Source: Imperialibacter sp. (lineage in GTDB: Bacteria > Bacteroidota > Bacteroidia > Cytophagales > Cyclobacteriaceae). From it: a DNA stretch of 64,000 nucleotides. Of this stretch, positions 1-12,700 are shown piece by piece. Made by a program: the position numbers and the translations under genes. The DNA is taken from contig NZ_CP180355.1 in assembly GCF_048007035.1 (NCBI RefSeq), positions 1,387,824 to 1,451,823 on the forward strand, written 5' to 3'. Position 1 is the stretch's first letter; the number at the start of each line of letters is the position of its first letter. Under the pieces are notes generated by a model. It was not told where the DNA came from, made no database searches, and saw only the letters and a program-made list of their open reading frames with translations.

Positions 1-839
1 TAAGCCAAAGCAAACTGGATGGGTATACGCATGTCGGGCAACCCGAGTTGTGCTTTTATGGAGCCATCTTCAAATTGCACCATCGAGTGAACGATCGATT
101 GAGGATGAACTACCACATCAATTTTATCGGCTGGAATGCCAAATAGCCACCGTGCTTCTATCACCTCAAGTCCCTTGTTCATCAAGGAGGCTGAGTCGAT
201 GGTGATTTTGGCTCCCATGTCCCAATTGGGGTGCTTCAGCGCCATTTCTTTGGTCACCTTCAGCAGCTCACTTCTTGTTTTTCCACGGAAAGGCCCGCCT
301 GAAGCTGTCAGGATAATCTTTTCTATCGGGTTGTGGAACTCCCCCACGATGCACTGGAAAATAGCCGAATGCTCGGAGTCGATCGGAAAGATATTCACCG
401 CTCTTTCCTGCGCCATTTTAGTAATGAGCTCACCAGCCACCACCATGGTCTCTTTGTTAGCAAGAGCTATTGGCTTACCAGCTGCAATGGCGTTCATGGT
501 AGGCTTCAGTCCAGAATAGCCGACAAGCGCCGTCAGCACCATGTCAATGGTGTCCATCTGCACGATCTGAGAAAGCGCATCGAGCCCGGCAAAAACTTTG
601 ATATCTTTTGGTAATAATGCATCGGCTACTTGCTGATACAAGGTTTCGTTGCCGATCACTACTGCATTGGGAACAAACTCCAAAGCCTGGCGAATCAGCA
701 AGTCAGCATTATTTTGAGCAGTAAGCACTTCTACTTCAAAGGCTTCAGGATGCCTTTTTATCACATCAAGCGACTGAACGCCAATGGATCCCGTGCTACC
801 AAGGATAGCAATCCTTTTTTTCGGTCTTTCTTGTGTCAA
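1..839 (-). CDS. dxr: 1-deoxy-D-xylulose 5-phosphate reductoisomerase. N-terminal part only, because the 3' end runs off the window. A TTG start at 837-839 is inferred because no ATG is present.
   Basis: The reverse-complement translation begins [26 protein letters not shown]...[24 protein letters not shown], which matches the Dxr NADPH-binding N-terminus and central motifs. It was missing from the ORF track because the ORF is open at the window edge. Confidence 0.85.
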   Translation of the reverse strand, partial: MTQERPKKRIAILGSTGSIGVQSLDVIKRHPEAFEVEVLTAQNNADLLIRQALEFVPNAVVIGNETLYQQVADALLPKDIKVFAGLDALSQIVQMDTIDMVLTALVGYSGLKPTMNAIAAGKPIALANKETMVVAGELITKMAQERAVNIFPIDSEHSAIFQCIVGEFHNPIEKIILTASGGPFRGKTRSELLKVTKEMALKHPNWDMGAKITIDSASLMNKGLEVIEARWLFGIPADKIDVVVHPQSIVHSMVQFEDGSIKAQLGLPDMRIPIQFALA

Positions 840-849
840 GGTGTTGTGT

Positions 850-2346
850 TTATTCTTTGTACTTCAGCAGTTCTTCCGCCATCTTTCTGTCGTTTGAAAG
901 CCTTGGTAACTTGTTTTGCCCACCGAGTTTCCCAATTGAGCGCATATAATCAATAAAGGCATTCTTTTTAACTGGTATGATATGAAGTTGTTCGAGAATA
1001 TTGCCCGAAATAAGATCGAAATAATAGCTGTTCAGCTTTTGGAGCGAATTGTCGAGTGATGACTTAAAAGCCGCCATGTCGGCTGGCATTTTGCTGAACT
1101 CGATAAACCATTCATGCCTTGGAAGTCCCTTTTCAGGTGTCACGTTGGGCGCCACGGTAAATTCCACGATATCTGCCTCAGGAAAACTCTCCAAAGTCTT
1201 CTTCATCGCATTTTCTACTTCCTCACCGATGACGTGCTCCCCAAACGCTGAGATAAAATGCTTGATCCTTCCGGTAACCAATAATTTGTAAGGATCTTTC
1301 GAAATAAACTTCACGGTGTCGCCAATAGAATAGCCCCATAAGCCTGCGTTACTATTGATAATCAGGGCATAATTGGTGTTGAGTTCCACCTGATCAAGGC
1401 TTAGCCGAGTGGGTGACTCATTGAAATACTCATCAGCCGGAATGAATTCGAAGAAAATACCGCTATTGGCCAAAAGCAGCAGCCCGGGATCATCCTGCTT
1501 GTCCTGAAAGGCGATGAAGCCCTCAGAGGCGGGGTAAGTTTCCACCGAATCGACCTTTTTTCCAATGGTATCAAAAAGCTTTTGTCTGTAGGGCTCAAAG
1601 TTGACCCCACCGTATATAAACAGCGAGAAGTTCTTGAAAACATCCTTCACTGGTAGCTGCCTCTTCTCCACAATCCTGTCGAAATACATTTGCACCCACG
1701 GCGGAATACCTGAGATCAGTGTCATGTCCTGATCAATGGTCTCCTCTACTATCTTATCTACCTTGGCTTCCCAATCCTCCATACAATTGGTGGCATAGGA
1801 GGGCAATTGATTGGTGCGCAGATAGCCCGGCACATGGTGGTTCACAATGCCCGACAGGCGGCCAGTGTTGATACCCGCCTTCTGATCAAGCACGGGGCTA
1901 CCGGAAAGAAAAATGAGCTTGCCATCCAGGAACTTAGCATTGCCTGTTTCGTGCACATAATTCAAAATCGCATTGCGGGCACTATTGATATGATTAGGAA
2001 TCGACTCTTTGGTGATGGGAATATATTTGGTGCCAGAGGTAGTGCCCGAAGTTTTTGCAAAATAGGCAGGCTTTCCCGGCCAAAGTACGTCATTTTGTCC
2101 GGTTAGCATTTTTTCCACGTAAGGCTTCAATGCTTCATAGTCCCGGACAGGCACCTGCTTTTTGAAGTCATCGTAAGTGCGGATATCCTTAAAGCCATGG
2201 TCACTTCCAAAAACCGTGTTGCTGGCTTTGCTGACAAGGTTTTTAAGTGTTTTATGCTGATAATCAGGGGCTTTTTGCTCCCATTCTCTTTGCTCCCGCA
2301 CAACGAAGGCGGCGAATGGCTTGCTAAGAACTGATCTGATTCCCAT
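850..2346 (-). CDS. GH3 auxin-responsive-promoter family protein (adenylate-forming, acyl-amido synthetase-like)
   Basis: The 498-aa ORF has a GH3-family architecture ([13 protein letters not shown] ... [12 protein letters not shown]). This family is commonly encoded next to dxr in Bacteroidota. Confidence 0.8.
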   Translation of the reverse strand: MGIRSVLSKPFAAFVVREQREWEQKAPDYQHKTLKNLVSKASNTVFGSDHGFKDIRTYDDFKKQVPVRDYEALKPYVEKMLTGQNDVLWPGKPAYFAKTSGTTSGTKYIPITKESIPNHINSARNAILNYVHETGNAKFLDGKLIFLSGSPVLDQKAGINTGRLSGIVNHHVPGYLRTNQLPSYATNCMEDWEAKVDKIVEETIDQDMTLISGIPPWVQMYFDRIVEKRQLPVKDVFKNFSLFIYGGVNFEPYRQKLFDTIGKKVDSVETYPASEGFIAFQDKQDDPGLLLLANSGIFFEFIPADEYFNESPTRLSLDQVELNTNYALIINSNAGLWGYSIGDTVKFISKDPYKLLVTGRIKHFISAFGEHVIGEEVENAMKKTLESFPEADIVEFTVAPNVTPEKGLPRHEWFIEFSKMPADMAAFKSSLDNSLQKLNSYYFDLISGNILEQLHIIPVKKNAFIDYMRSIGKLGGQNKLPRLSNDRKMAEELLKYKE

Positions 2347-2504
2347 AATTAATTATAAAGGCGCAAAATAAGTAAATGAGGTTTCTAAAACCTAAGCAAG
2401 CCTCTTTCGTTTTTATTTTGCACAGTTTTTGACGATACCCAATGCACTGACGTTTAGGTAACAGCACAACGATGTTGACTTCTTAATTCTTAAAACCTGA
2501 TGCT

Positions 2505-3974
2505 ATGAAAAAATTTATTGGAATTGCAGTCTTGAGTTTTCTGGGTGGCATTGGTGGAGCCTTTGTATATGAGACGCAACTGTCGACCAAAATTGCGTCT
2601 GATGACTTACAGGATTCAGACTTCTATTTCTCAAAAAATGTTAGCCACGACGGAACCAACAATTTTTCACCGGCGGCCTCTGAGCCCTTCCGTAGTGACG
2701 CAGCCGCAATAAACGATTTGCCAGACCTGGTGAATGCGTCGGCACGCAGCACCAAGAGCGTGGTGTTTGTGAAAACCGTGAGCGAAACCGACTACCGCAC
2801 TGGTAGCTGGATGGATTGGTTTTTTGGAGGGCCGAGCCAGTCGGTTAGCTCAGGGTCGGGCGTGGTCTATTCCAGGGATGGCTATATCGTGACTAATAAT
2901 CACGTCATCAACGATGCTGATATTATTCAGGTGATTCTCGACAAAAGAACCTACGACGCCACGCTGATTGGCACTGACCCGTCTACCGATCTGGCTGTGA
3001 TTAAAATTGAGGGCAATAATCTCCCGGCCATTGAGGTATCTACTTCAGCCAACGTCAGGGTGGGCGACTGGGTATTGGCCGTCGGCAACCCGTTCAACCT
3101 TACCTCCACTGTCACCGCTGGTATTGTAAGTGCCAAGGGCCGCAGCATCAATATACTGAAAGACCGATTCCCTATTGAATCTTTCATTCAAACCGATGCT
3201 GCCATTAACCCCGGAAACAGCGGCGGAGCCCTGGTCAACACTTCCGGGCAGTTGATAGGTATTAACACGGCCATATTGTCTCAAACGGGTACTTACTCAG
3301 GCTATGGTTTTGCTGTGCCTGTCGACATTGTAAAAAAAGTGGTGAACGACATTATCAACTATGGGCAGGTGCAAAAGGCCTTTATTGGGGCAGAGTTCAT
3401 TGACATAGACAGCGACATTGCCGGCAAACTCAGCCTGAGCAACCTGGATGGTGTGATCACTTCTTATGTACAAAGGGGAAGCGCCGCCGACAAGGCCGGA
3501 CTGGAAAAAGGTGATGTAATCATTCGGGTGAACGACAAGTCGCTCAACAACAAAACTGAGCTTGAGGAGCTGATGGGCTACCATTACCCTGGTGACAAGT
3601 TCGTTCTGGACATCAAGCGAGGCGACAATGTAGTCAGGAAACAAGTAACGCTGCTGAATGGCGAGGGAAACACCGAGATTTTGAGAAGCAGTGTTTACTT
3701 TTCAGAAAAACTGGGCGTGGAGTTTGAGAAGGTGTCGAAAGTCGAAAGAGACCTTTTAAAAATTGACAATGGCGTTCGGGTGAAAAAAATAAGGAATGGT
3801 TTTTTCAGGCAGCTGGATATACCGGAAGGCTTCATCATTACCAACATCAACAACCGGCCGGTTGAAACGCCGGAGGAGCTGGCCAATATCCTGGAGAAAA
3901 TCAAGGGAAAGGTTGTTATCGACGGCATTACCTCCAAGGGTCGGAGGGTGTACATACCCTACAGGTTCGATTAA
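2505..3974 (+). CDS. htrA: HtrA/DegP-family periplasmic serine protease (trypsin-like domain plus PDZ domain)
   Basis: The catalytic triad context is visible as NNHVI (His), DLAV (Asp) and GNSGGAL (Ser). There is an N-terminal signal/TM segment and a C-terminal PDZ-like region. Confidence 0.9.
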   Translation: MKKFIGIAVLSFLGGIGGAFVYETQLSTKIASDDLQDSDFYFSKNVSHDGTNNFSPAASEPFRSDAAAINDLPDLVNASARSTKSVVFVKTVSETDYRTGSWMDWFFGGPSQSVSSGSGVVYSRDGYIVTNNHVINDADIIQVILDKRTYDATLIGTDPSTDLAVIKIEGNNLPAIEVSTSANVRVGDWVLAVGNPFNLTSTVTAGIVSAKGRSINILKDRFPIESFIQTDAAINPGNSGGALVNTSGQLIGINTAILSQTGTYSGYGFAVPVDIVKKVVNDIINYGQVQKAFIGAEFIDIDSDIAGKLSLSNLDGVITSYVQRGSAADKAGLEKGDVIIRVNDKSLNNKTELEELMGYHYPGDKFVLDIKRGDNVVRKQVTLLNGEGNTEILRSSVYFSEKLGVEFEKVSKVERDLLKIDNGVRVKKIRNGFFRQLDIPEGFIITNINNRPVETPEELANILEKIKGKVVIDGITSKGRRVYIPYRFD

Positions 3975-3984
3975 TAAAGCATAA

Positions 3985-4027
3985 AAAAGGGCGGGGTCTC
4001 ACATATGGTGATCCCGCCCTTTTTTTA
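3985..4027. terminator. Bidirectional rho-independent terminator between the convergent htrA and dnaA genes
   Basis: The sequence AAAAAAGGGCGGGG...CCCGCCCTTTTTTT is a GC stem flanked by an A-run and a T-run. Confidence 0.6.
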
Positions 4028-4044
4028 TCAACTGCCAGGCGAAG

Positions 4045-5457
4045 CTAGACAGTCCTCATTTTAAGTCTTTTCTTTAGCTCATCAACAGAATACCTGAACT
4101 TGGCGTCGGTATCGATCATGTCATTGACTGCCTGCACGGCGTGAATCACAGTGGAATGGTCACGACCACCAAAGTGGTAACCGATAGATTTAAGCGAATG
4201 GTTGGTATAGTCTTTTGAGAAATACATGGCCACCTGGCGGGCAATAACGATTTCCTTTTTACGGGTTTTGGCTTTCAAATCTTCCAGAGCCACATTGAAA
4301 TAGTCGGACACTGCCTTTTGGATATAGTCAATACCCACCTCAGTATCGTAGTCGTTAACAATATTTTTTATGATCTGCTTAGCCAACTCAAGGTCAATCT
4401 CTCTTTTTACCAACGACGAATGGGCAATAAGTGAAATCATCACTCCTTCCAACTCTCTGATATTGCTGTCGATGGTGTAAGCCAGGTACTCAAGCACATC
4501 CTCAGGAATAACAATTCCCTCCGCCTGAGTCTTCTTTTGAATAATGGCCACCCTTGTCTCAAAGTCTGGCGTTTGTATGTCTGCGGTAAGGCCCCACTTA
4601 AATCTTGACACCAGTCTTTCCTGAAGGCCTTTTAGCTCTCTTGGCGGGCAGTCGGAAGTCATAATGATTTGCTTGCCACTCTGGTGAAGGTGATTAAAGA
4701 TGTGGAAAAATATCTCCTGCGTTCTCTCCTTGTCACGAAGAAACTGTACATCGTCAATAATCAATACATCTACTTTCTGGTAGAAATTGATGAAGTCCTG
4801 AACAGCATTGTTTCTCAAAGACTCGATGAACTGATTGGTAAACTTCTCCGACGCCACGTAAAGCACCTTTGCGTCCGGATTGCTTTCCATGATCTGGTTA
4901 CCAACCGCCTGAACAAGGTGTGTTTTGCCAAGACCAACACCGCCGTAGATCATCAACGGGTTGAAGGAGGTAACACCCGGCCTTTGAGCCACAGCATAAC
5001 CAGCTGAGCGGGCCAATCTATTGCAGTCACCTTCTATATAGGAATCGAAAACATAGATAGGGTTCAATTTGCCTGTCAATGTTAAGAATTCTGGTGTCAC
5101 TGCCGGGCTTTGTTGCACATTTTGTCCATTTCCAACATGATTTTGTCCAAAACGGCCAGGAGCCTTGTTTACCGGATAATTAACAGTCAATGGCTTCGCC
5201 TGCTCGTTTCCTCTATCTATCACCACGGAATATTCCAATCTTCCGTTGGGCCCTAATTCCTGAAGTATTGCCTTCCTTAAAATATGAACATAATTGTCTT
5301 CCAGCCATTCGTAGAAAAACTGACTGGGGACCTGAATGGTCAAAACACTTTTATCTAATTTTATGGGTGTAATGGGCAGAAACCACGTTTTGAAGCTTTG
5401 TTCCTGTATCTCATGCTTAACTAAATTCAGACAGTTTTCCCAGATTTGTTGATGCAT
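4045..5457 (-). CDS. dnaA: Chromosomal replication initiator protein DnaA
   Basis: The 470-aa ORF has the AAA+ Walker A motif GGVGLGKTHL, box VII, and the C-terminal DNA-binding signature IGYHFGGRDHSTVIHA. Confidence 0.95.
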   Translation of the reverse strand: MHQQIWENCLNLVKHEIQEQSFKTWFLPITPIKLDKSVLTIQVPSQFFYEWLEDNYVHILRKAILQELGPNGRLEYSVVIDRGNEQAKPLTVNYPVNKAPGRFGQNHVGNGQNVQQSPAVTPEFLTLTGKLNPIYVFDSYIEGDCNRLARSAGYAVAQRPGVTSFNPLMIYGGVGLGKTHLVQAVGNQIMESNPDAKVLYVASEKFTNQFIESLRNNAVQDFINFYQKVDVLIIDDVQFLRDKERTQEIFFHIFNHLHQSGKQIIMTSDCPPRELKGLQERLVSRFKWGLTADIQTPDFETRVAIIQKKTQAEGIVIPEDVLEYLAYTIDSNIRELEGVMISLIAHSSLVKREIDLELAKQIIKNIVNDYDTEVGIDYIQKAVSDYFNVALEDLKAKTRKKEIVIARQVAMYFSKDYTNHSLKSIGYHFGGRDHSTVIHAVQAVNDMIDTDAKFRYSVDELKKRLKMRTV

Positions 5458-5774
5458 GGTGGATTAAAAAAATGTTGTTATTGTTGCAGTGATTCTCCTT
5501 TCTGAACAGGAGGTAACATCAAAGGTGTCAAAAAAAAAAGTAATAAAAAAACACTGCAACGCTTGACTTTTTGGATTGTCGAATTGTCAAATAAAAACAG
5601 CGTTTATAGGTAAAAATTCTTTGAAAAATACAATTATTACCTAAATGTTATGAAACAAACTTAAATCTCTTTCCTGGTAATTCAAAGGGCCCGTCTGTCT
5701 ATATAAATTTAATGTTCGTCCCACTCAAAATACTTTATCTTTGTTAACACTTGACTCAAAAATTAGAATAGCTT
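5458..5774. promoter_or_regulatory. AT-rich dnaA-upstream intergenic region. It is a candidate oriC/DUE and also holds the divergent dnaA/mutA promoters.
   Basis: The 317 bp are about 70% A+T with long A-tracts and lie between the divergently transcribed dnaA and mutA. I could not find canonical TTATCCACA DnaA boxes by eye. Confidence 0.3.
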
Positions 5775-7556
5775 ATGAGTAAATGGGACATGTCCAATTT
5801 CCCTCCATCCAATCATTCTCTTTGGAGAGAAAATGCGTTGAAAGAATTGAAGACAAAGCAACTAGATTCTTTGCAATGGCACTACGATCCCGATGTTATT
5901 ATTCAACCTTATTATGAAGAAACTGACGCTCCTCTCTCCTTTGCGGGGGATGCCAATGCCGAGTTACTGCCTGGCCAACAGATAGGAAGGCTTTGGCACT
6001 ACCTCGACTCAGTAACTGTAGACGCTCAAATTGCTGATAATAAGAACGCTAACGAAATGGCCCTGGAATCTTTGAGCCAGGGGGCCGATGGCATCTTGTG
6101 GAAACTAAAAGAAGTTGATCAGCAGGCCCATGTTACTTTATTTAAAGATATAGGCTTCGAATATTGTCAGAACGCCTTTCAGGTGGCTCAGTGGGGTGCG
6201 GCTGAGAAGGCATTTTTCCAGCGTCTTTTTTCGGGTTCCTTCCTGAAAAAAGACATCCTGCCAGGCTTTTTGTTTTATGACCCCACGTCTGATTCAGACC
6301 AAGTGCTGCGAATTGAGGCTCTTTTTCCTCAAGGGAAATCGTTTCGTCCCCATTGCTTTGACGCCACATCGAAAATAGCCAGTTCACTTTCACCGACTGG
6401 TCAGATCGCTTACTTGCTGTCGGCATTCGTTGAAAGGTGCAAAAAGCTGACCGACGCAGGTGTCTCTATTGATACCATAGTAGACAGAATGATTGTTTGT
6501 GTAAGCATAGGTAGAGACTTCTTTCATGAAATGGCCAAAATCAAAGCCATCAAAGTTGTTCTCTCTCAGGCTGCCAATCATTTCGAAGGGGGCAAAGCGT
6601 CTCCCGCCGACATTAAAATATATAGCCAGGCCAATGTCAATACACACTCAGTTGTTGATCCCTATGTCAACCTTATTCGTATGACATCTGCTGCAATGGC
6701 TGGCGTAAATGGAGGAGCCAGCTATCTTTCAATGCCTGGCTTCGATAGCAGAAATCCCTTCTCGCCGGGTCAGTTTTCTCAGAGAATTTCAAGGAACATC
6801 TCGAACCTTCTCCGGGACGAAAGCTATTTTGACAAAAACTGCGACCCCATGGCCGGGTCTTACTTCCTGGAAAAACTTAGCGCCGATTTGGCCAGTGAAG
6901 GCTGGAGAAAGATGCAAAAAGTGGAGTCTTCAGGTGGGTTTTCGAGCTCGCTTTCTGGCAGCTATTGGCAGGACGAAGCAAATAACTTTGAAGAGAAAGA
7001 GAGAGCTCTTATATCCAGTCGAAAGCTGAACGTTGTAGGTGTAAATAATTTCTGCGACCTCAGCATTTTTGAGTCGTTTCCCACCCTCAAAAGCTACAAC
7101 AACGAGGGCTCGCTGCTCTCCTCATTTGAACACCTCCGGATTAAAATGGAGGACTACCTGGCAAAGCAGCCCGGGCAGTCCAGACCAGCTGCTATGGCCA
7201 TCTTCTTCGGTGACAAGCAGGCGTCACTGGCGAGGTATAATTTTGTAAAAGGAGTATTGCCCGCCGCTGGCATCAACGTGGCCGAATGGGTACCATGGTC
7301 ACCACAACATGCGGCGCCTTTTTCTGCCGATACCCAACTGATCATCGTGTGCAGCTCCGATCAAGATTATATTGAATCAGGCCCAGCCGTGTTTCAAGCC
7401 TTGAAAGAACAGTGCCCAAAAGCCCACCTGGTGCTGGCGGGGAACCCTGGCAGTAACGAAGAGCAGCTGACCAAAGCAGGCATTGACAGCTTCATCCATC
7501 TTAAATCTGATTTTGTTAAAACGCTCTCCTCTTACCAAAAGCTATTTGGCATATGA
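5775..7556 (+). CDS. mutA: Methylmalonyl-CoA mutase small (beta) subunit
   Basis: The 593-aa ORF lies immediately upstream of the catalytic subunit and is translationally coupled to it (ATGA overlap). Size and position match MutA, which has an MCM-like fold and no B12 DxHxxG motif. Confidence 0.75.
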   Translation: MSKWDMSNFPPSNHSLWRENALKELKTKQLDSLQWHYDPDVIIQPYYEETDAPLSFAGDANAELLPGQQIGRLWHYLDSVTVDAQIADNKNANEMALESLSQGADGILWKLKEVDQQAHVTLFKDIGFEYCQNAFQVAQWGAAEKAFFQRLFSGSFLKKDILPGFLFYDPTSDSDQVLRIEALFPQGKSFRPHCFDATSKIASSLSPTGQIAYLLSAFVERCKKLTDAGVSIDTIVDRMIVCVSIGRDFFHEMAKIKAIKVVLSQAANHFEGGKASPADIKIYSQANVNTHSVVDPYVNLIRMTSAAMAGVNGGASYLSMPGFDSRNPFSPGQFSQRISRNISNLLRDESYFDKNCDPMAGSYFLEKLSADLASEGWRKMQKVESSGGFSSSLSGSYWQDEANNFEEKERALISSRKLNVVGVNNFCDLSIFESFPTLKSYNNEGSLLSSFEHLRIKMEDYLAKQPGQSRPAAMAIFFGDKQASLARYNFVKGVLPAAGINVAEWVPWSPQHAAPFSADTQLIIVCSSDQDYIESGPAVFQALKEQCPKAHLVLAGNPGSNEEQLTKAGIDSFIHLKSDFVKTLSSYQKLFGI

Positions 7557-9685
7557 CTACACCTGATTTCACAAAAATTCCATTTAGCCCCAAGGCAGGT
7601 TCGGAGAAACAATTTTCTGCAGGGGTAGCCACATGGAAAAGTGCAGAAGGTATTGATGTGCCTTCCATGTTCAACAAAGAGCATCAGGAAAAAATCACCC
7701 AGGGCGCTTTTGCGGCCGGGCTCCCCCCTTTCCTGAGAGGCCCCTACAGCACGATGTACACCAGCAGGCCCTGGACGATCAGGCAATATGCCGGGTTCTC
7801 AACAGCCGAAGATTCCAATGCCTTTTACAGGAAGAACCTTGCCATGGGACAAAAAGGGCTTTCGGTAGCGTTCGACCTGGCCACCCATCGAGGCTACGAC
7901 TCCGATCACCCCCGGGTAGAGGGGGATGTGGGTAAAGCTGGCGTAGCCATTGACTCTGTGGAAGACATGAAGATCCTCTTCGATCAAATTCCCCTGGATA
8001 AGATTTCAGTATCGATGACGATGAACGGAGCTGTTCTCCCGATTATGGCCTTCTATATGGTAGCGGCAGAAGAACAGGGGGTGAGCCCCAACCTACTAAG
8101 TGGCACCATTCAGAATGACATCCTCAAGGAGTTTATGGTGAGAAATACCTACATCTATCCTCCTGTGCCGTCCATGCGCATTGTCGGAGACATTTTTGAA
8201 TACACTGCCAGACACATGCCTCGTTTCAACAGCATTTCGATCAGTGGCTACCATATGCACGAGGCAGGCGCTCCTGCTGATCTGGAGCTGGCATACACGC
8301 TGGCCGATGGGCTGGAATACATAAGAACCGGGCTGGCGGCAGGGCTCAAAATTGATGAGTTTGCCCCACGGCTCTCTTTTTTTTGGGGCATAGGCATGAA
8401 CCACTTCATGGAAATCGCCAAACTAAGAGCGGCCAGGGTGCTATGGGCACAGCTTGTAAGTCAATTCAATCCTGAGAACAGTAAGTCGCTTTCGCTGCGA
8501 ACGCATTGCCAAACCTCCGGGTGGAGCCTTACCGAACAAGATCCGTTCAATAACGTCGCCCGGACAACCATTGAGGCAATGGCTGCGGTATTTGGTGGCA
8601 CACAGTCGCTGCATACCAACGCCCTCGACGAAGCTATTGCTCTGCCGACAGACTTCTCAGCCCGAATAGCGAGAAACACCCAGCTGTATTTGCAGGAAGA
8701 AACCAACGTCACCAAAGTAGTTGATCCGTGGGGAGGCTCTCACTATGTAGAATACTTAACCAACGAGTTAATCGAAAAAAGCTGGGCGCTGATAGAAGAG
8801 GTGGAAGCACTTGGCGGCATGACCAAAGCCATTGAAAGTGGTCTGCCTAAAATGAAAATCGAAGAAGCTGCGGCAAAAAAACAAGCAAGGATTGACTCGC
8901 AGCAAGATATAATTGTAGGAATTAATAGGTATATTACGAAAGAAAAAACTGATATAGAGCTACTTGAGGTTGACAATGCGGCGGTAAGAGCGAAGCAAAT
9001 CCAAAGACTTGCCAGACTCAAATCGAGCAGAAATGAGTCCGAGGTTGTTGCAGGTTTAGAAGATTTGACAAAATGTGCTCAGACTGGCAAAGGCAATCTT
9101 CTGGAAAAAGCAGTAAAGGCTGCCCGGTTGAGAGCTACCCTCGGTGAAATCTCCTCGGCTATGGAAGAAGCTTTTGGCAGACATAAGGCGGTCATCAAAT
9201 CGATAGCTGGCGTTTATGCAAGCGAATCGGGTTCCAGCGATGATATAACCACGGCAAGGAGGCTAACCGATCAGTTTGAAGAACTGGATGGGAGAAGACC
9301 CCGGATTCTGGTGGCAAAAATGGGACAAGATGGCCATGACCGGGGTGCCAAAGTGATTGCCACAAGCTTTGCTGATCTAGGGTTCGATGTAGATATTGGC
9401 CCTCTGTTCCAAACACCCGAGGAAGTAGCCATGCAGGCGGCAGAAAACGACGTCCATGTCATTGGCGTTTCGACCCTGGCAGGTGGACACAAAACGCTCG
9501 TTCCGAAGTTGATTCACCAACTAAAGGCAATTGGAAGGAGCGATATCAAAGTAGTGGCCGGGGGTGTAATCCCGGAGAAAGATTTTGATTTTTTATATCG
9601 TGAAGGCGTTATCGACATATTTGGCCCCGGGACAGTGATCCCCAAAGCGGCCATCTCTATTCTCAGGAAATTAGTGAGCATTTGA
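7553..9685 (+). CDS. mutB: Methylmalonyl-CoA mutase large (alpha) subunit, B12-dependent
   Basis: The 710-aa ORF has [47 protein letters not shown] in the TIM-barrel domain. The C-terminal B12-binding domain carries the DxHxxG motif ([11 protein letters not shown]). Confidence 0.95.
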   Translation: MTTPDFTKIPFSPKAGSEKQFSAGVATWKSAEGIDVPSMFNKEHQEKITQGAFAAGLPPFLRGPYSTMYTSRPWTIRQYAGFSTAEDSNAFYRKNLAMGQKGLSVAFDLATHRGYDSDHPRVEGDVGKAGVAIDSVEDMKILFDQIPLDKISVSMTMNGAVLPIMAFYMVAAEEQGVSPNLLSGTIQNDILKEFMVRNTYIYPPVPSMRIVGDIFEYTARHMPRFNSISISGYHMHEAGAPADLELAYTLADGLEYIRTGLAAGLKIDEFAPRLSFFWGIGMNHFMEIAKLRAARVLWAQLVSQFNPENSKSLSLRTHCQTSGWSLTEQDPFNNVARTTIEAMAAVFGGTQSLHTNALDEAIALPTDFSARIARNTQLYLQEETNVTKVVDPWGGSHYVEYLTNELIEKSWALIEEVEALGGMTKAIESGLPKMKIEEAAAKKQARIDSQQDIIVGINRYITKEKTDIELLEVDNAAVRAKQIQRLARLKSSRNESEVVAGLEDLTKCAQTGKGNLLEKAVKAARLRATLGEISSAMEEAFGRHKAVIKSIAGVYASESGSSDDITTARRLTDQFEELDGRRPRILVAKMGQDGHDRGAKVIATSFADLGFDVDIGPLFQTPEEVAMQAAENDVHVIGVSTLAGGHKTLVPKLIHQLKAIGRSDIKVVAGGVIPEKDFDFLYREGVIDIFGPGTVIPKAAISILRKLVSI

Positions 9686-9712
9686 CTTTACACATCATCA
9701 ACTTTTTGAAGC

Positions 9713-12700
9713 ATGAAAAATTCATTCAAGCATTTACTTTCCCTTATTGTCTTTTTGATTTGTGCCGGGCCAAATAGTGAGGTTTTTGCCCAGAACTGGC
9801 CCAAACTATTTAAGAAAGCCAATGACTCCTACGCCGTTGGCGACTACCCCAAGGCCAAAAAGTCGGCCGGTAAAATTGTTAAGAAAACTACCAAAAAATT
9901 GGGAGCAGAGAACAAGTACCTGGCAAGTGCCCTGGTGCTTGAGGCTCAAATAGACTGGGCTGCCGGGCTGCACAAAGACATGGCAGATAAAATAAGCCGG
10001 GGTGTGGCAATGAGCGCCAAGGTAAATGGTGAAACGTCGGTGGATCATGGCCTTCTTCTCTATGAAGCTGCCCATGTTTGGGCAGACTATGGGCACTTCG
10101 TCAACGCACAGGACCTTCTTACTAAAGCGAAGGCTGTATTGGAGGCAAGCGGTGCCTCCAATGAGGAAATGAAAATAAGGCTGGCTTTGCTGCAAACAAG
10201 AATACTGAAAGGCAAAGGCTTCTATGCCGATGTAGTCAAGTATATCAACAGCAACCTTGCAAGTACACAAGCTGCTTACCAATCAGCTAGTGGCAAAGAC
10301 CTCATTGCAAGCCTTAAGGGTGTCTATGGGGAGTTATTGATGCACAAAGCCGATGCGTTCCGACTCATGGGAGACTATATCAGATCAGATTCGGCATTTA
10401 TTTTTACTCAGCAATGGATTGGAAAAGAGCTTGGCAAAAACCCGCTTATTTACAGCCAAACGCTTTACCTCAATGCCAAGCTGCTGGAGGAAAATGGAAT
10501 CGATCCCTCTGCATTGCCCAACCTGTATGAGGATGCCCTTAAAAATACAATGCGAATTCATTCAGCATCCCACATCGCCAGGCTGGACATGATGGAAAGC
10601 CTGATCCGCTCTTACTGGAGAATTGATAACTACTCTAAGACCAGCAATAACACCAACCAGTTCAGGGCCATACTTAATAAGAGCTTTGAAAAGGGAAGCC
10701 TCAATCGGGCACGGCTTGAAACCCTGCCGATGGACATCAACGCACCCAGCACGAAGGTATTCGGCCAGGAAAAAGATGCTGCCTCTAAGGCTTACGGTAA
10801 TCTTTACCCAGAAATTCACCCTGAAAGACGAAGGATACTTGAATTTGCCTACCGTGCTGCCCAACTGAACAATAATGCGGAAAATGCGGAAAAGTACCTT
10901 CTGGACATTCTTAAAATAGAAAAAGACATGCTCGGTGCGGATGCACCTGAGTACCACCTTTCCAGGGTAATGCAAGCCAACTACCTCGTTGAATACTCCG
11001 ACAAGTTTGCCGAAGCAAAGAAAATATATGATGAGAGCTTCCATGGGGTGATCGAAAAGGAATTTTCTCAAGGTCATGTTGAGTACGTGAATATCCTCAA
11101 CCATTTGGCGCAGTTTTATGAGGAAAATGACGATTTCAGCAATGCATCAAAAACACTTGACAAAGCACTGAATGTGTCTCGTGTGAAATACGACAACAAG
11201 GATGTAAACTATGGCGTTGAGTTGAATAAGATTGCGTCTCTGCAAATGAATATTGGAGAATATGAGAAAGCAGAAAAAAACATTCAGGAAGCAACAAATA
11301 TTCTCGCCAAACCTTCCTCTCTTGAGGAAACACTTCATTATACCAACCTATTGACTACCAAAGCGAGATTAATGGTTATTCAAGGCCTTTACGACGAGGC
11401 GGAAGACCTTCTTTTCGAGTCAGAACGAATCAAAGTTAAGAGTGGATTGAACCGATTGGGCTCTGCCGGACAAAACACGGAAGACCTTGCTGAACTGTAC
11501 TATCATTTAGGTAGATATAGTGATGCAACGGATTTGGTTGATAAATACCTGAAGAATACGGAAAAACAGTTTGGCACCACAAGCAGGCACCTTTTGCGTC
11601 CGTTGGTTTTGAAGGCGCAATTGAAATTGGCTGCCGGTGAGTATACTGATGCCGAGTCGTTCGCAAGAAGATCTCTTAATATAGCAACGGCTGTGTTTCC
11701 AGCCTCCTCCTCCAAGCTGGCCAGCAGCCTGATAACCTTATCCCGGCTCTACACAACAATTGGAGACTACGAAAAAGCGGAGCAATTTATCTCCCAAGCC
11801 ATTGCTAACCAGGAAAAGCAGTTCGGAAGGGGACATGTCGATGTTGGCCGCTCGCTGGCACAGCTGGGAATGATTAAATTTTACGACGGCGCCAGTTTCA
11901 AGCAGCAACAAGACTTACTCGTTGAGGCAGAAAAAATCGTTGGAGCCAAGCTGGGAAGTAAAAACCCGCTCTATGCTGAAGTATTGAAAGATTTGGCCAC
12001 CGTGAGTATTTATGCTGGCGAATATGACATTTCCCTCCAGTACCTTGAAGAAGCGTGGACGATCTGGAAAGACCGAATAGGAAAGCGGAATAACGTTAAT
12101 GCTGCTGTAGTCAACACGCTGAAAGGTGACATCCAGTACCAAAAGAGGCAATACGACAGGGCAGACAATTTTTACCAGGATGCCCTGAAGACGTACGCCA
12201 AATTTTTCTCCACCTCTCACCCTGAATATGTGAAAGTTTTGTCGAAGCTGGCAAAAACTTACTACATGAATGGGGACATTAGAAAGGCGCAGAATACTAT
12301 TGAAGAGACTCTGGGCAACTACCAGGAGTTTATAAAGACCTACTTCCCAGCCCTAAGCGAAAGAGAAAAAGCCAAGTTTTGGAACACCATCAAGTCCGAC
12401 TATGAGTTCTACAACACTTTGGCGTTAACGAGGATCGACAAGAAAGAGGACCTGATAGGCGACATTTACAATAACGCTTTACTCACCAAAGCACTTCTGC
12501 TGAACACATCAATAAAAATCAGAACCCGTATTCTTTCCAGCGGCGACAGCACGTTGATAAATATGTACAGCAGCTGGATAGCCAAAAAAGCCCAGCTGAC
12601 CAATGCGCTGTCAATGTCGAACGACCAGCTATTGGAAAACAATGTGAACCCGGCTCAACTTGTACAAGAGATGGAAGCACTGGAGAAACAGCTCAGCTTG

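Noticed and set aside
136-956. Plus-strand ORFs 136..519, 333..614 and 630..956
   Set aside because: They lie antisense to, and entirely within, the clearly conserved dxr and GH3 coding sequences. They are shadow ORFs with no recognisable motifs.
5458-5774. DnaA boxes (TTATCCACA / TGTGGATAA)
   Set aside because: I searched by eye and found no match of 8/9 or better. I kept only a low-confidence oriC candidate based on AT-richness and position.
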